Positions 23,872 through 37,600 of a stretch of DNA of 64,000 nt are shown in pieces. The notes beneath the pieces are model-generated. The model ran no database searches. It was not told the DNA's origin and saw nothing but the letters and a program-made list of their open reading frames with translations. Positions within the stretch are counted from its first letter, which is position 1. Each line of letters opens with the position of its first letter. Source of the stretch: a virus (lineage: Duplodnaviria; Caudoviricetes). The stretch spans positions 32,001 to 96,000 of IMG/VR virus record IMGVR_UViG_3300028591_000099; one strand, 5' to 3'. Position numbers and translations under genes: made by a program.

Positions 23872-26283
23872 ATGAAAGAAAAGGACCCAATGTTGGATGA
23901 AGAGTTTCTAAAAGAACTTGATTTATATCCGCATAAGTTTACTTGAGCTAAAATTATCGCCTTAAACTGAGAAGAATATCCAATGCAGGAAATTACTGGC
24001 AGAATAACCAGTGGAAGTATAAATGTGGACGGTGCTTCTGCCGTCCGCAGAACCTGCAGTTTATCTCTGGTCGCAAATGATGTAGATATTAACAACTTCT
24101 ATTGGAGTTTAAATACTAAGTTTAGAGTAGAAGTGGGCTTAGAGAATTGAATAAATCCAGACTATCCCGATATTATATGGTTTAATCAGGGCATGTTTAT
24201 TATATCGTCATTTAATTGCTCTGTTGGAGTTAATAATTATTCGATAAGCATTAGTGGAAAAGATAAAATGGTATTATTAAATGGAGACGTTGGTGGTGTA
24301 ATTCCAGCCTCTTGGGATTTTGGGACTGAAGATGAAACACTTGAAGATGGAACCATCCAAAATAATTTAATACCAATTAAAGACATTATATTACAAGGCG
24401 TGCATGAGTTCGCACAAGAGCCGTGGCAAAATATAATTGTAAATGATTTAGATGATTATGGAATTGAATTATTGGAATATATTGGTGATAATCCTTTATA
24501 TTATATTATTACCGAAGATGGCGGCGATAATGATTCAAGAGAAGTTTATCAAATGACTATATATGGTGATGATGTAAAATGTCAAGTGAGAAAAGATACT
24601 TGAGATGCAGCCCTCAATAAAAGAATAAAGAATGAAGAAGATTGAGGTAGTGAAGTTCCTATTAGTCAAATGGCAGAAGGAACAACCGGTCAACTTTGTT
24701 ACGAGGGGCTTATGGAGCAATTAGATCCAACTGGTGCAGTGACTGAAAGTGAAAACTATATGCCTGCCGTTGTTAAAATCAGTGGAGATGATGAAGAGAG
24801 CCGATACAGAATAGCGAGGATATCTAAAGAAGATGGAACTCATATTTGTGGTTATCGGATTTGTGATATTGTATATCCTTATGATTTGATATTAAGTCCA
24901 GGTGAGACTATAACCGCTATGCTGGATAAATTAGTCCAAATGCTCGGTAATTTTGAGTATTTTTATGATGTAGATGGACGATTTGTATTCCAAAAGAAAA
25001 GAACTTATTTAGATGTAAGTTATAATAATATCATTAACGAACATACTATAAATGATACAGTATGAGCCAATAGTGGAGAATATAGTTCTAAATATTCATA
25101 TACTTTTGATGATAATATTTTAGTATCATCTGTTTCTAATGCCCCCAATTTAAGTAACTTAAAAAACGATTATTCGTTATGGGGGAGTAGGAAACAAGGT
25201 GACATTGAAGTCCCAATTCATATGCGATATGCTATTGACCACAGACCGGTTTATTACAAAACTTGGGATGGTGTAGAGTATGCGGTTGGCGATAACGTTA
25301 CGCGACTAGATCCAGAATCGGAAGTGCAGATTGTTGATTGAAGAGAGATTATTTATCGAATGGCGAATGATTATCGACGTCATTATAGAGATGATGATTT
25401 TCTAATAAAAATACGTGATAATAATAAATATAATGGTTATGACTCTTATTATCCAAAAGGATATACCGGTTATGAGAAATACTATATTGACTTTGAAATG
25501 AACTTAAGTCAAGGCGTTGTTGCATATTGGAGAGAACTTTATAATCCAGACGCAAAAGGGAAAACAGTTATTTATCAACCAGATGGTAGTTTTATAGAGA
25601 ATACTGGAGCGGACTGGGCTGAAGGCACCGCATATGCGGAAGGTGACTTGGTAGAATACCAGGGTAATGTGTATAGATCAATCGAGGATGATAACACAAC
25701 AGAACCGACGGCCGCAGATTCAAAATGACTTGTTTCTCTTGGAGATTTTAGTTATAATAGTGATGGATGAAATAATGACATCTTAAAGAACCCGGAAATG
25801 TTAAATTTCTGATTTGATTTTTTAGATACTACGGGCGAATTAAATAAATATAGTGTCTCTAATATCGGGCAAAGGTCGAAAGCAGTTAATGACGACAAAA
25901 TAAAAGCCATATATTTTAGAGAAACTCCTAATGTAATATTTGAGACTGAAAAGGATAATGTCGACCAAAGTAAATGAAGAAAACCAGGATACGCACATAT
26001 TAAAATACCGGCAAGTTTTAATGATCTATTTGCTATTAGTAGTCGAGGTAAGAATGCGATGGATGTAGTAGAAGAATATCTATATACTTATACTTATCCA
26101 GCAAGTGCGATGACATTAAATGTAGTCCCAATATATTATTTAACACCGAACACTTTAATTTATATAAACGATAAAGAAACTGGTGCTATTGGAGAATATA
26201 TTATGCAAAAGTTCTCAATACAGTTAGGTCTAAATGCTCAAATGAGTATAAATGCGATCGAAACTGCTAAGAGGATTTATTAA
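23872..26283 (+). CDS. Putative baseplate hub protein (803 aa, code 4) with inserted CBM5/12-like module
   Basis: SD AAGGAGGT; ~11 TGA; motifs GSINVDGASAVRRTCSL, FEYFYDVDGRFVFQKK, LNF-W-FDFLD, VPIYYLTPN. Confidence 0.75.
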
Positions 26284-26299
26284 GGAGGAATTGGAGAAA

Positions 26300-26635
26300 A
26301 TGGCTAAAAACTTAAAACAATTTCGTTGATACAGCGATGAAGATTCAAAGAACTCTCCAGAAAATATCTCTAAAATACAATATGAAAATGGAACTGCTTT
26401 TAAAGATGTATATCCTATATCGCAGTTAGGTATTCAGGCCTTACCTGGTACTCAGTTTTATTTAAATGGTAGTGTAAAGCCACTTGTAATTGGAGTATCC
26501 GGTATTTTTGATTTAGATATAAAAAATGGAGCCAGAGTAACTGGTTTAAGTTTTAGTAAACAATCATTAGAGGCTATCGCTAATAACCCAACGAGTTATT
26601 TAATTGTAGATATATTATATGGAGAGGAGGACTAA
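26300..26635 (+). CDS. Hypothetical baseplate-associated protein (111 aa, code 4), absent from the ORF track
   Basis: SD GGAG; MAKNLKQFR-W-YS…QLGIQALPGTQFYLN…TAA. Confidence 0.8.
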
Positions 26636-26641
26636 GGACAT

Positions 26642-29600
26642 ATGGGATTTTATGGAAATATAACTAATGTTAATAAATCTACTTTCCAATTTGATAAGAC
26701 ATATTATACCGCAAGGGATATGATGGAGAATGCTGCGACTGATGGAGTTTTTGTTGGTCGTTACGTTTTAGTCGATTATGATGAAGCTCCTAGCCCAGAA
26801 GCGTTATGAGATGTTTTCAAGAATGAGGCAGAAGGCAATAAAATATCAACTGTTCATCCAGGATACAGAAGAACTATTAAAGTAAATAATTCAGAATATT
26901 ATGATGGTATAACCGATGAAGGATTTATCATTTATAAAAGTTTTGATGCTTGAGAGGAAGGAACTTCATACTCAAAGGGGGATGTAGTCTCTTATGAGGG
27001 AGTATCTTATCGTTCAATCGCAGATGATAATACGACAACTCCTGGATCGAATGAAACTAGTTGAGTTCGCTATCAAGATTTCGGATTCTATCCAGGAAAA
27101 CCTGTAATAAATGATGGCGAAACTTTAGATCAATTATATTCGAAAGAAGTGCTATCTAATTTAAATGGTAATTTTATTTTAGATTTAGGCTATACTTTAG
27201 AACATTATGAAACTATTACCACTGAAGAAGGAACTGAAGAGTTAAAACTCAAAGTTGAAGATTTTGTCATTAAAGGCGTAGAACCAGAATTATGGCAAAT
27301 TTTAGTCGATGGAGAAGAAGTAAAATTACTTAAATTAAATACTGTTGAAAGTTTAAGTAAATATAGAGAATTGTCTGCGGGCATTGAAATAACAAATAAT
27401 TATGCTTCTAACTATATTGTAGACCAGACTTATTTCGCAGAAAAAAGTGGTGGTCAGGGCTTAGGCAGAGGTTATGACTCAACTGTTTGGCAAAAAGTTA
27501 TAAAAGAGGGCAAGGCCACTTATGTAATGATTGCTGAATTGAACTCAGTAGTGCCTACATTTGATATTGCTCCTATTGCTCCTGGTAAAAATGGAGTAGT
27601 AATTCCACCTCAGTGGAGCCCAGAGACTTCTAATTTATATTATAAATTGCTAATGCAGCCATCTTGAAGTTTCGAAGTACAGAGTGATGTCGATTATAAA
27701 GATACCCATGAAGATAATTCTGAAATAGATACAGATATTCCTGATAAGGCTATTTGGTGGAACGACGCTGGTTTCAATAAGTTTATTCCATCTTATTTTG
27801 ATAAGAAAAATGAGATTTTGGTTGAACCTACTGGAATAAGCGGAGTTGAATATAGTGATACAAAAGGACCAGCAGAAGATACTTATGAATTAAGTATTAT
27901 GCTACCTCAAATTGGTAATACTATATCTCAAATCTGGGATATCATTTATGGTGAACCTCATCTTAAAGACACGGCTGGTCGTATATTATTGGGTGGAGAA
28001 AACTCAGATTTAGCCGCAACAGAAGAAACTCCATTAAGAAATACTCATTTAGAGTGGAATTCAAGCCAGGGTGAACGTATGCTAAGGGCGAGAGATGAAA
28101 ATGATGACCCATATAACGGTTATAATCCAAAAGCCTTAAATACTTTAGCTGGCACTCTTAATTCAGTTCATGATTTAATGGGTATGATTATTGTTGAAAA
28201 AGACAATATCCAAGAAGTTGACGCAGATACTTTAGATAGCAATAATATTTATTATGATGCAACAAGCAATAAATATTATTTCAAAGATAGAAAATATTTA
28301 TTCAGTGATAATGAAGAAGATTTCAAAATTACTGATATGGTTGAAAGACCAAATAAATTATACAGAGCAAAATCATTTGATTTTATTGCTGATAATAAAA
28401 CCGGAGAAATAGATACCGCAAATAATTATTATCTTGTTTTAAATAATGAAGAGATTTCTGAAGATTGTGTTTATGGTGACGTAAAACCGAGTGCACCAAA
28501 CCCAGAATTAACTCAAGAAAATTATAACCCAGAATCTGAAAATCCAGATGAATGAGTATGAACTTGAGATTCCACTCGAAGAAGATACAGTAGAAAATTA
28601 GATGCTTTAGCTCAAACTGATGGGGGATACTATCATTTAACTAATATCGAAAAGGTGAAAGATCAGAATACTCCAGAAGAAGCCCGCCCGCATTTTTACA
28701 AAGCAAATAAGTATTATTTAGGTATAAAATCTTTTGCGACAGGTGCGGATAAAACGGCTTGGGAAAATGAGTTAAATAATAAAACTGGCTTAGAAGCAAT
28801 TGATTTTGATTCTATTACTTTATGTAAAACGGATAGTTTTGAAGCCGCTAAAAAAGATGCTAGGATTTTAGTCTCAGGGCCTACTGAAGGTAGCTGAATT
28901 GAAAATCCTTTAATTGGATATCGGGTTTTAATTGGTATTGAAGTTGACCCAAGACACTCAACTTATGATTTAATTGATGAAAATTTAACTAGAGAACCAA
29001 TAGGAACCACTTCGGCTCCTGGACTTGAAGTTGATGGAACTTATATTAAAAAAATAGATGATATTTATGTTTATGAGTTTGCTGGAATTACAGAAACACT
29101 CCAAAACTGTGAAGAGTCTATTGTGTCTATCCCTGATGCGGGAAACCCTGAAGAAACTATCACAAAAACATATGTTAGATATTTAGGTTGTAAATATAAA
29201 AATACTGCTGAAGATACTGATAACGAATTGCGAACATTGAATAGTTGAAAACAGTATGCATTAGAAAACAGCATTGATCCTAGCGACTTAAAATTAGTAT
29301 TAGAACAAAAACTTGTTCCAGAATTGGTAAAACCGGCTTACTCATTAGCGAATGTAACTATAATTGATAATTTGGAAGATTTTAATAAAGATGGATATGT
29401 CGATTATTATTATACAGATGATCCGGAAAATCCAACATATTATAGAAAATTAAGTTATGAGGCTGCTGAAGAAGGCACAGGACAGGGCGAAGCGGATTGG
29501 TATACATTAACTCCTTCAAATGCTTTTATCTACTATGTATTAAAAGATGAATATTATGAAGAGGACGAAGATGGCAACTGGCTTAGAGTTATTGCGACTG

Positions 29601-31813
29601 ACCAAAATAAATTAGCTGGCTATGAAGATATTAGTCAATTTAGAAAAGTAAAATGAGAGTCTAAACATATATTTATTCCAAATGTTTACTATAAAAAAGT
29701 TAATGGAGAATATGTCTTAGCAGAAACCTTCGAAGAAGGTGTAGATTATTACAGATATCCAGGCAAGTTTGTCGTAGAAGATGAAAATGACATATTTGCG
29801 GAAGGCGCTGAATGGAATCCAGAAGTGCCAGAACATGATGACGTTGATTTACAATATAAAGGATTTGAATGAACCTTAACTGAATTGCCAGGATTCTCAG
29901 AACAGATTAATACAATGCATGGATTAATCTTAAAAGTTAATAAGATGTTACTTGAAGGCGATATGATTACTCGTGACCGCCAAACAGTACAAGGTTGTAT
30001 TAATACATTAAATGATATTATTGATAAGTTCGATCAACTGAAACCTGCGGAAGTCGTTATGGTAGATGCATATGGACGAGTTCATAGCGGCGATTGAGAC
30101 AGTAAGCAAAAATCAAATACTGCGGTAGGTGCGGCACCAGCCATTCCGACCGGAGAACCTGCGGCCGCAGATAATAATCGTTGAATTAAATTAACAACTA
30201 CTGCTGGAGAGGCTCCAGACTTTAAGCCTCATATTAAATTAGAACATACCTTTAAAGCTGGAACAGACAATCCAATTACCACTAACTTAAATATAGATAA
30301 TGTTCCTTCTGAAAACAGTAGCGATAAATTGGTATTATATACTCCTATATTAGATAATATGGGCCACGTAGTTGCTAAGCAAGAAGATACAGTTACTCTA
30401 CCTTATGGATTTAAGACTGTAAGTATTGGTGTTGAGAATAATGGTATTGCTAATTTGGCACATGCGGCAGGCGATCTTGTAGCAGAAAACACTCAGGATA
30501 CTATAAATGTTAATTCTGGAAACAAATGGATTAAATTAGCGGCTACCGCAGATAGTGATTCAGTTGCTATTGGACACTTGGTTCAATCTATTGATACACA
30601 GCCAGCATTCGCAAGCGATATTAATGGTAATGGTGATACAATTACAGTTCAAGATATTACCCATGATGAGGCGGGTCATATTAGAAAGAATAAGGCTCAC
30701 ACCTATACACTGCCTTACGGATTCAAAACTATCACTGGTAATGGCGGAAGTTTAGTTGCACGCAGCACCCAAGATACTGTCGCATTGAGCGGAGATGATT
30801 GGATTCGAGTCACAGCGTCCGGTGATGGAATAAAATTTGAACATCGTGAACCGATTACTGTTGAACCAAAGCAAATAGGCGTATTAGTTCCTCATTTTGG
30901 AGAGACATTTGATATTACAGGTTGAAGTTTTGATGATAAGGGGCATAAAACTGGAATTGAGACTTATTCTGTAACTATTCCTAAAGGTAGTTTAAGTGTC
31001 AGTGAAGGAATTGACAATGCTAAAGTTATTACATCATTATCATTAGATAGTCGTATTGGAGCATTAACCGCAACTAATAAAAATATAGGCGATTTACGAC
31101 TTATAGGTTACAATTTGAGTAATAATGGTAGCAGTGAAGGTGCGATATTAGAAAGTGATACAATTAATACAGCGATCGCCAGATTAGAGTATAGAATGAA
31201 TAAGGTTAAAAATGACCTTATTGGAAATGTCGGAGATGCCGCTACTGTTAATACATTATATGGTATTAAAACATGAGTTTTAGAGCAATTAGGCACTATT
31301 GAAACTTCTGGTAATTTCTGAGGAGTCCAAGTGAGCGGTGTAGATGCAACTGCTGATATCCCTGTTACGGCTACGTCTACTAATGATCCTCAATTAATTT
31401 CTTTGCCTGATACTAAAATTGTTACATATGGAGTCGCTGACTATGAATTAGTTGAAAGAAATGGTATTCGTAGTATAAAAGTAAATCAAGCTGGAACGTA
31501 TAAAGTACAAGGTAACATTGGTATTAGATGTGTTAATTATAAAGCGGCTTACTTCAGAGTTGGTATAGTAAAAATAAATAGTGCTGGCACCGTTGCCTCT
31601 ATTACATCTACAACAGAAGCAATAGAAAATTCAGCTGATAATGTATCAATAGCTGGAGTATTTGCGATTGGTGCTAGAATACTTTCTCTAAATGCTGGAG
31701 ATGTTATTGCTTTAGGTGCATCTAGAGCGGGGGCTACCACAGGAGATGGCTCTGATTTAAGAGTAGCTTACGATGGTAATACTGCATTATTTGTAGAGCG
31801 AGTAGATAATTAA
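26642..31813 (+). CDS. Large tail fibre/tip protein (1,723 aa, code 4) with CBM5/12-like module and C1q/TNF-like C-terminal head
   Basis: SD GAGGAGG; ~16 TGA join seven track ORFs; DxxGH..TLPYGFKT repeats; C-terminal IKVNQAGTYKV…LSLNAGDVIAL pattern. Confidence 0.8.
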
Positions 31814-31823
31814 AATAAAAATT

Positions 31824-31852
31824 AAGAGGGAGTATAAAAACTCCCTCTTTTT
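31824..31852 (+). terminator. Rho-independent terminator
   Basis: AAGAGGGAGT/ACTCCCTCTT stem plus T run. Confidence 0.8.
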
Positions 31853-31861
31853 ACTTTGTAA

Positions 31862-31907
31862 GGACAAACTAAATTAAAGAATAAAAACAAAATTACAAAT
31901 AAAATAG
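31862..31907 (+). promoter_or_regulatory. Putative phage late-promoter motif copy
   Basis: GGACAA-N7-TAA-N27-TAG. Confidence 0.55.
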
Positions 31908-31927
31908 TAAAGGAGGTCGTAGAAGAA

Positions 31928-32803
31928 ATGGCAGTAAATTATGTCAAATTTATGCGAGGCTCACAAGCTTTATATAATAGTTTACAAACAAAAGACCAAG
32001 ATACTTTGTATTTTGTTTATAACAATGATGAAGCGAATGACCTCGGCGAGCCTATTGGAAAATTATATTTAGGTAATAGACTAATTTCTAGCTCTTCTTC
32101 TAGTATCGGAGGAGATATCTCGCTCTCAGATATAGCCGATATAGTCTTTGATGAAGGACTTGCGGACGGAGACTTTTTAGTTTACGATGAGGCCGAAGAC
32201 AAATGAGTGAATAAGCCACTTGCTGAAGCACTGAATGTCCCGGTTATGCGAGGTGCCACAGCGGAAACCGCAGGTGTATCTGGATTAGTTCCAGTTCCAA
32301 ATGCTGGTGACCAGTTAAAGTTTTTAAGAGGTGATGGAACCTGGACTGAAGTTATTGGTTCATTATCTCCAGAAGACTTACAAGCGATCCAAGATCTTCA
32401 AGATAGGGTAGATACTTTAGTAGGCGAAAATCCTGATGATGAGGGCAAATCTGTTAGAGAGATTTTAGCGAGTGTCCTTGTTCCAGAAGGTGCTAAAGAG
32501 AGTCTTGATACACTTGAAGAAATTGCCGCATGAATCCAAGATCACCCAGATGATGTCGCAGACATGAATGCCGACATTCAAGATTTACAATCCAGGGTGT
32601 CTAGTTTGGAGAATGTAATTAATGGCACAGAAAGTATTCCTGGATTAGAAGAGAGGGTTTCGACTTTAGAGACTACAATGGGGACCTTTACCCCAGTTGA
32701 AGGAAAATATCTGAACGTAGGTTCAGCTATATCCTATTTAGATACGTCTGTAACTGAGATTAACGAACGCTTAAGATGGCATGAACTCAGTGAGGGCGAA
32801 TAA
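31928..32803 (+). CDS. Fibre-like structural protein (291 aa, code 4)
   Basis: Two TGA; LDTLEEIAA-W-IQDHP and GLVPVP…FLRGDGTW motifs typical of phage fibres; coiled-coil C-terminus. Confidence 0.8.
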
Positions 32804-32825
32804 TTAAACGAAAGGAGAATTAAAA

Positions 32826-34541
32826 ATGGCTTTTAATTTAATTAACTTTAAAAAGGGTACATTAGCCGGCTTAAACACATTAAAACAAGGTAATGGTGTT
32901 GAGGAAGGTACTTTTTATTTAACTATTGATGAAGCTAAGCAAACCAGTAGATTATTTATTGGTACAGGTCAAAGTACCGCACTTCCAGTTAATAGTGATA
33001 TCCATATTTACACCACTTTATCAGAGTTAGAAGCTGCAAATGCCGCAACTCCATTCAACGATGGCGATTTTGCGTATGTTTCTAATGACAATATTCTTGC
33101 TGTTAAAATTGGTAGTGAATGGAAACAAATTAATGCTCCAGATAGTAGAGCTATTAAAGATTTAACTCCAAGTATTACAACAGCAAATGGTGTTGCTACA
33201 GTACAATGGGCCTTAAGAGATCAGAGTGATAATGTTATTCACGAAGCGGGCGAAGGCAATGTTGTACCATCTATCTCAATGGAAGGTGCAAATGGTGTTA
33301 GCGTATCCAGCAGTGGCAAGGCTTTAACTATCACTGGCACTTCTTATGAAATGGGTTCTGCGGCTGTTGTTGCTGATAGCGATACTGCTGTAATTAAATT
33401 ACAGAGCAAGGCAAATGCAAGTGCTACAGCTGTCGATGTTAGCAGTATTACTGTTTCCGGAGGACAGAATGTTTCTATTACTGGTGCGGCCAATAACATT
33501 GAAATTGCTGCAGCAGATACTACATTAAAGAGTGCTACCGGAGCGGCAGAAGCTCAGGGCTTCTCCATTACAGTTGAAGATACACAAGAAAATGCTCCAA
33601 AAGCAACTATTGATCCAAAAATTACTTTAGGTACTCATACTGCGGCCGCAGATGAAGTTCATTTTGTCAATGGCGTTGCTAACTTAAATGTTTATACTAA
33701 AGACGAAATTGACAGTATGAATAAGAGCCTCGATGCCTTAAAGTATAAAGGCACTGTTGGTACAGGTGGTTCTTATGCTGATGATGTAGAAGGTATTACT
33801 GCCTCTGGTAAACCAGCACTTGAAGTTGGTGATACTTTCAAATTAGTCGGTGCTAGTACTGATTCTTATACTGTTCCAACTAGTGGTGGTGGTTCAGTAA
33901 CCGCACATGGTGGAGATTTAATCATCGCTAATGGTACTGAAGGTTCTGATGGCAAGATTACTTCTACTTCATTATTCTATGATGTTGTCCCATCTGGTGA
34001 TGAAGTATTTGCATTCAAGGGTTTAGGTGCTAATAATACTGGCAATGGTATCCAGATTGAAGATGGTGCCAATACAGTTTTAGCATCTATGGAAGTTGCT
34101 GCTGGCAACCAAATCGCAGTTAGTTCTACTCATACTGGAACAAATGGTGAAAAAGCAGTTGTCACAATTGCTCATGGCTCTATTTCTAATGCTACAAACG
34201 GAGATGCTTCTACTGGTACTAAAGACAGTCAGAGTGCTCATGCATCTAAGACATTTAATGTTGTTACTGGTTTAACAACAAATAATGGCCACGTTACTGC
34301 TACTCAAATTACTCCAATTGAAGTTGTTGATACTGTATCTAAATTAGATTTAACCAATACAGCAGTTGCAGTTTCTGCTGCTAATAATGTTGCTACTGTT
34401 AGCGAAACTATTGCTTTGGTTGATGAAGCTGATGTTGCTGTTAATAGTAAAGCATTAACATTCACTCTTGGTTCTGATAATTTACAGATTACTGCTTCTG
34501 GAAATGCTATTACAGCTAACTATGTCTGGGGAACATTCTAA
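32826..34541 (+). CDS. Ala/Gly/Thr-rich virion structural protein (571 aa)
   Basis: SD AAAGGAG; intact ORF, TGG only; strongly biased codon use. Confidence 0.8.
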   Translation: MAFNLINFKKGTLAGLNTLKQGNGVEEGTFYLTIDEAKQTSRLFIGTGQSTALPVNSDIHIYTTLSELEAANAATPFNDGDFAYVSNDNILAVKIGSEWKQINAPDSRAIKDLTPSITTANGVATVQWALRDQSDNVIHEAGEGNVVPSISMEGANGVSVSSSGKALTITGTSYEMGSAAVVADSDTAVIKLQSKANASATAVDVSSITVSGGQNVSITGAANNIEIAAADTTLKSATGAAEAQGFSITVEDTQENAPKATIDPKITLGTHTAAADEVHFVNGVANLNVYTKDEIDSMNKSLDALKYKGTVGTGGSYADDVEGITASGKPALEVGDTFKLVGASTDSYTVPTSGGGSVTAHGGDLIIANGTEGSDGKITSTSLFYDVVPSGDEVFAFKGLGANNTGNGIQIEDGANTVLASMEVAAGNQIAVSSTHTGTNGEKAVVTIAHGSISNATNGDASTGTKDSQSAHASKTFNVVTGLTTNNGHVTATQITPIEVVDTVSKLDLTNTAVAVSAANNVATVSETIALVDEADVAVNSKALTFTLGSDNLQITASGNAITANYVWGTF

Positions 34542-34587
34542 GGACAAAGTAAGTTAATAAATCTTCGAAATTCTTTATGTGTATTAG
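34542..34587 (+). promoter_or_regulatory. Putative phage late-promoter motif copy
   Basis: GGACAA-N7-TAA-N27-TAG. Confidence 0.55.
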
Positions 34588-34600
34588 AGGATAAATACAT

Positions 34601-34636
34601 TAGGGAGAGAGGTATGTCCTCTCTCCCTATTTTTTT
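34601..34636 (+). terminator. Terminator-like hairpin
   Basis: TAGGGAGAGAGG/CCTCTCTCCCTA stem plus T7. Confidence 0.8.
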
Positions 34637-34661
34637 ATACTAGGAAAGAAAGGAGAATTAT

Positions 34662-37600
34662 ATGGCTGATAAAATAAAGTTCTGGCCTATTAGAGGAACG
34701 GAAGCACAGATTTTAAGCCAACCTTATTATGATGGTAAGTTATATTTTGCGACAGATACCAACAAAATCTATCTTGACGCAAAAGGAACAAAACATTTAA
34801 TGGGTGGCGGTAATTCTGGTATTATTTATGCTAGAGGTACTGAAGAAGAAATTAAAAAAGTTTCTGAAGATGACAGCGATGATAATTATATTATTGCATT
34901 TAGTGCTCTAGAAAATCCAGACGTAGCTCCGCAAACTGACGATCTGATTTTAAACTCAGATGGACGCTTTTTTAGAGTTCTTTCTATTGATGTGGCTGAA
35001 TCAGTTATAAATGCTCAACTATTAGCTGTAAGTGGCTCAGGTGGCGGCGGAGGCGGAGAAGTCGTCGTACAGGAACTTACTATTGTTCCAGACACCTCAA
35101 CAGTCGGAAGTAGTTTTACTTATATTTCAGGACAGTCTTACAACATTAGTCTTACTATTAATACAACTACGGTTGATGATGAAGCCAATTTAACATTAGA
35201 GTTTTTTGCGAGTTCTAATGTTGGTACAGACCCAGTTTATACAATTATTAGAAATGGTGTGCCGATTGGCGAACCTATCTTAATTGATGTCGGGGAAGTA
35301 AGTTATATTGGAACCGGAATGTCATTGCGTATTAGAGCTGAGGCCGCAAACGCAAAAAATGCTGCGACTAGAGTATTTAATAACTTAAGATTTGTTGATA
35401 TGCATCTTGAAAAACCGGCTGGTTCTGGTTATATAAAAGCAGTTCTTGAATCGGATGTTGGTGGACTTAATTTAAGTTATATTCCTTATGGTAATAATTT
35501 AACATTAGCATTACATGCTGCAGTTGATAATAATGAGTTCCCTACTGGAGTTACGTTAACTAACCAAAATATGGGTAGCAGACAAACGTTATCTATTCCA
35601 GATCAATCTCATGGTATGCACACTGTCGATTTATGGGTTAGTACCGAAATTAATGGTACTACTTTAGAGTCAGATAGAGTCAGTTATGAGGCTGCTTGAG
35701 TTAAAAATGATGAAAATGTCCCAGTTATTTGGACTGGTCCATATCAAGAGACAGTCGTCCAATATGAAAATGCGATTATTCCATATATGGTATATGACCC
35801 AGTCCAACAGCAGTATGGTTTAACAACAGAAGTCCATTTCTATCACAATGGTGTAGAAATTGCGGCTTCACCAGTAAATGTTGCTTATAGCAGCTCTGGT
35901 TGGTTAACTTGAGACGTTACATCTTTATACCGTGTTGGTGAAAATAGATTTACTATTGTTTGCGGTGTTAGCAGTAAAGATGTAATTATTAATATCACCA
36001 CAGAAGGTTCAAGAGATTTAGGTTTAGTTAATGAATCTGCATTAATTACTAATTTCAGCTCTGCTGGTCGTTCTAGTTCAGAAATAAGAACTAATAGAAG
36101 TACTTGGAAATCTTCTGTTGGTAATTTTGCGGCTAATTTTGAGAACTTTAACTGGTATAATAATGGTTGAAAAGATGATAATGATGGACGTGGTTCATAT
36201 TTATCCGTAGCAAATGATGCATCTGTTACTATACCATTTGGTAATTTAAGTATTAATAATGATACTGATTACAGTTTTGAAATTAGATTTAGAATTAGGA
36301 ACGTTCAAAAATATTCAACCCTTGTTACTCAAATCCCGTTATATAAATATTATGATAGAGATGGTAGAGAAAACGTAAAGGGTGAAGAATTAACTCTTGA
36401 AGAAATTGAAGCAAGAGGATATACTGTTAAGGTAGATTCTGACGGCAACAAAGAAATGGAACAATCTAACCCGACTAGAAAGATTGTTGAAACTGAAAAT
36501 GGTGTTGCCTTTAAGTATTTAAATGGTAACGGCTATGGTTTCGCAATTGGCACTCAAGAAGCATATTTTGCGACCGCAGGTAAAGTTGTTAACGTTCGTT
36601 ATAAAGAAGATGAAGTTATTAGTATTACATTTGTTGTAGATAAGACTAATACGACTTTATACATTTATTTAAATGGTATTTTAACTGGTGCCGCAGATTT
36701 AAATAATGTTCCATATTTCTTAATGCAATCAATTCCATTCTTAATTAATTCTAAGTATTGTGATTTTGATTTATATAGTTTTAGAATCTACAAAGTTGCT
36801 TTAACGATGCCAGAAGTAATTCATAACTACTTATCTGACATGAAAGATATTTCATTGTATGATGAAAACCAATTAACTAATGTCAATGATGATACTGCAT
36901 TAGACTATAATAAATTAATTCAATACAATGAAGACCATCCTGATAGTCCAACAATGCCTTATGCTGTCATTGATATGTCAATGTATGACGATGATAGATT
37001 GCCTTATATTAAAGCATCTAATAATACTAAAGCAGCTTCTATTACTTTTGTTAACCCAACAGCAGATAGACTATTGGCTAAAGGTGAAATAACTGAGTTT
37101 GAATATTATACACATTGTCCGAGTTTTACCTCAGAAAATGTAGATATTAACGTTCAAGGAACTTCTTCTCAAGGTTATCCAAGAAGAAACTATAAGACAA
37201 AGTTTAAAAATGCTAAGAAAACTTGGGTTTATACACAAGGTTCTTTAGCAGGTACTCCAATTGCGGATGGTGGTACAGATAAAGATGGCAATAAAATTGG
37301 TAAAAAATGGCATATGGATAATACTTCATTAGCCACTAATAAGTTCACCTGGAAAATTGACTACATGGAATCTTCAGGTTCTTATAATACTGGTTTTGCC
37401 AATATGATGGGAAATGGCTTATATAATAAACACCCATTAGATGACCTCGGAATTAATGGTGAAAATTATCGTACTTCTGTCTATGGATTCCCACTCTTAG
37501 TATTCCACAAGAAAAAAGATGGTTCTTATGTTTATATTGGTAGATACAATATTAATCTTGATAAGAGTGCTAATGAATATTATGGATTTGAAGAAGAAGT

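Noticed and set aside
1346-24860. CGG or AGG sense-codon reassignment, as in some low-GC Bacilli
   Set aside because: A few CGG sites could tolerate Gln, but others (DIRSRLAG, GYRI) and AGG in GVRQY read naturally as Arg; no support without alignments.
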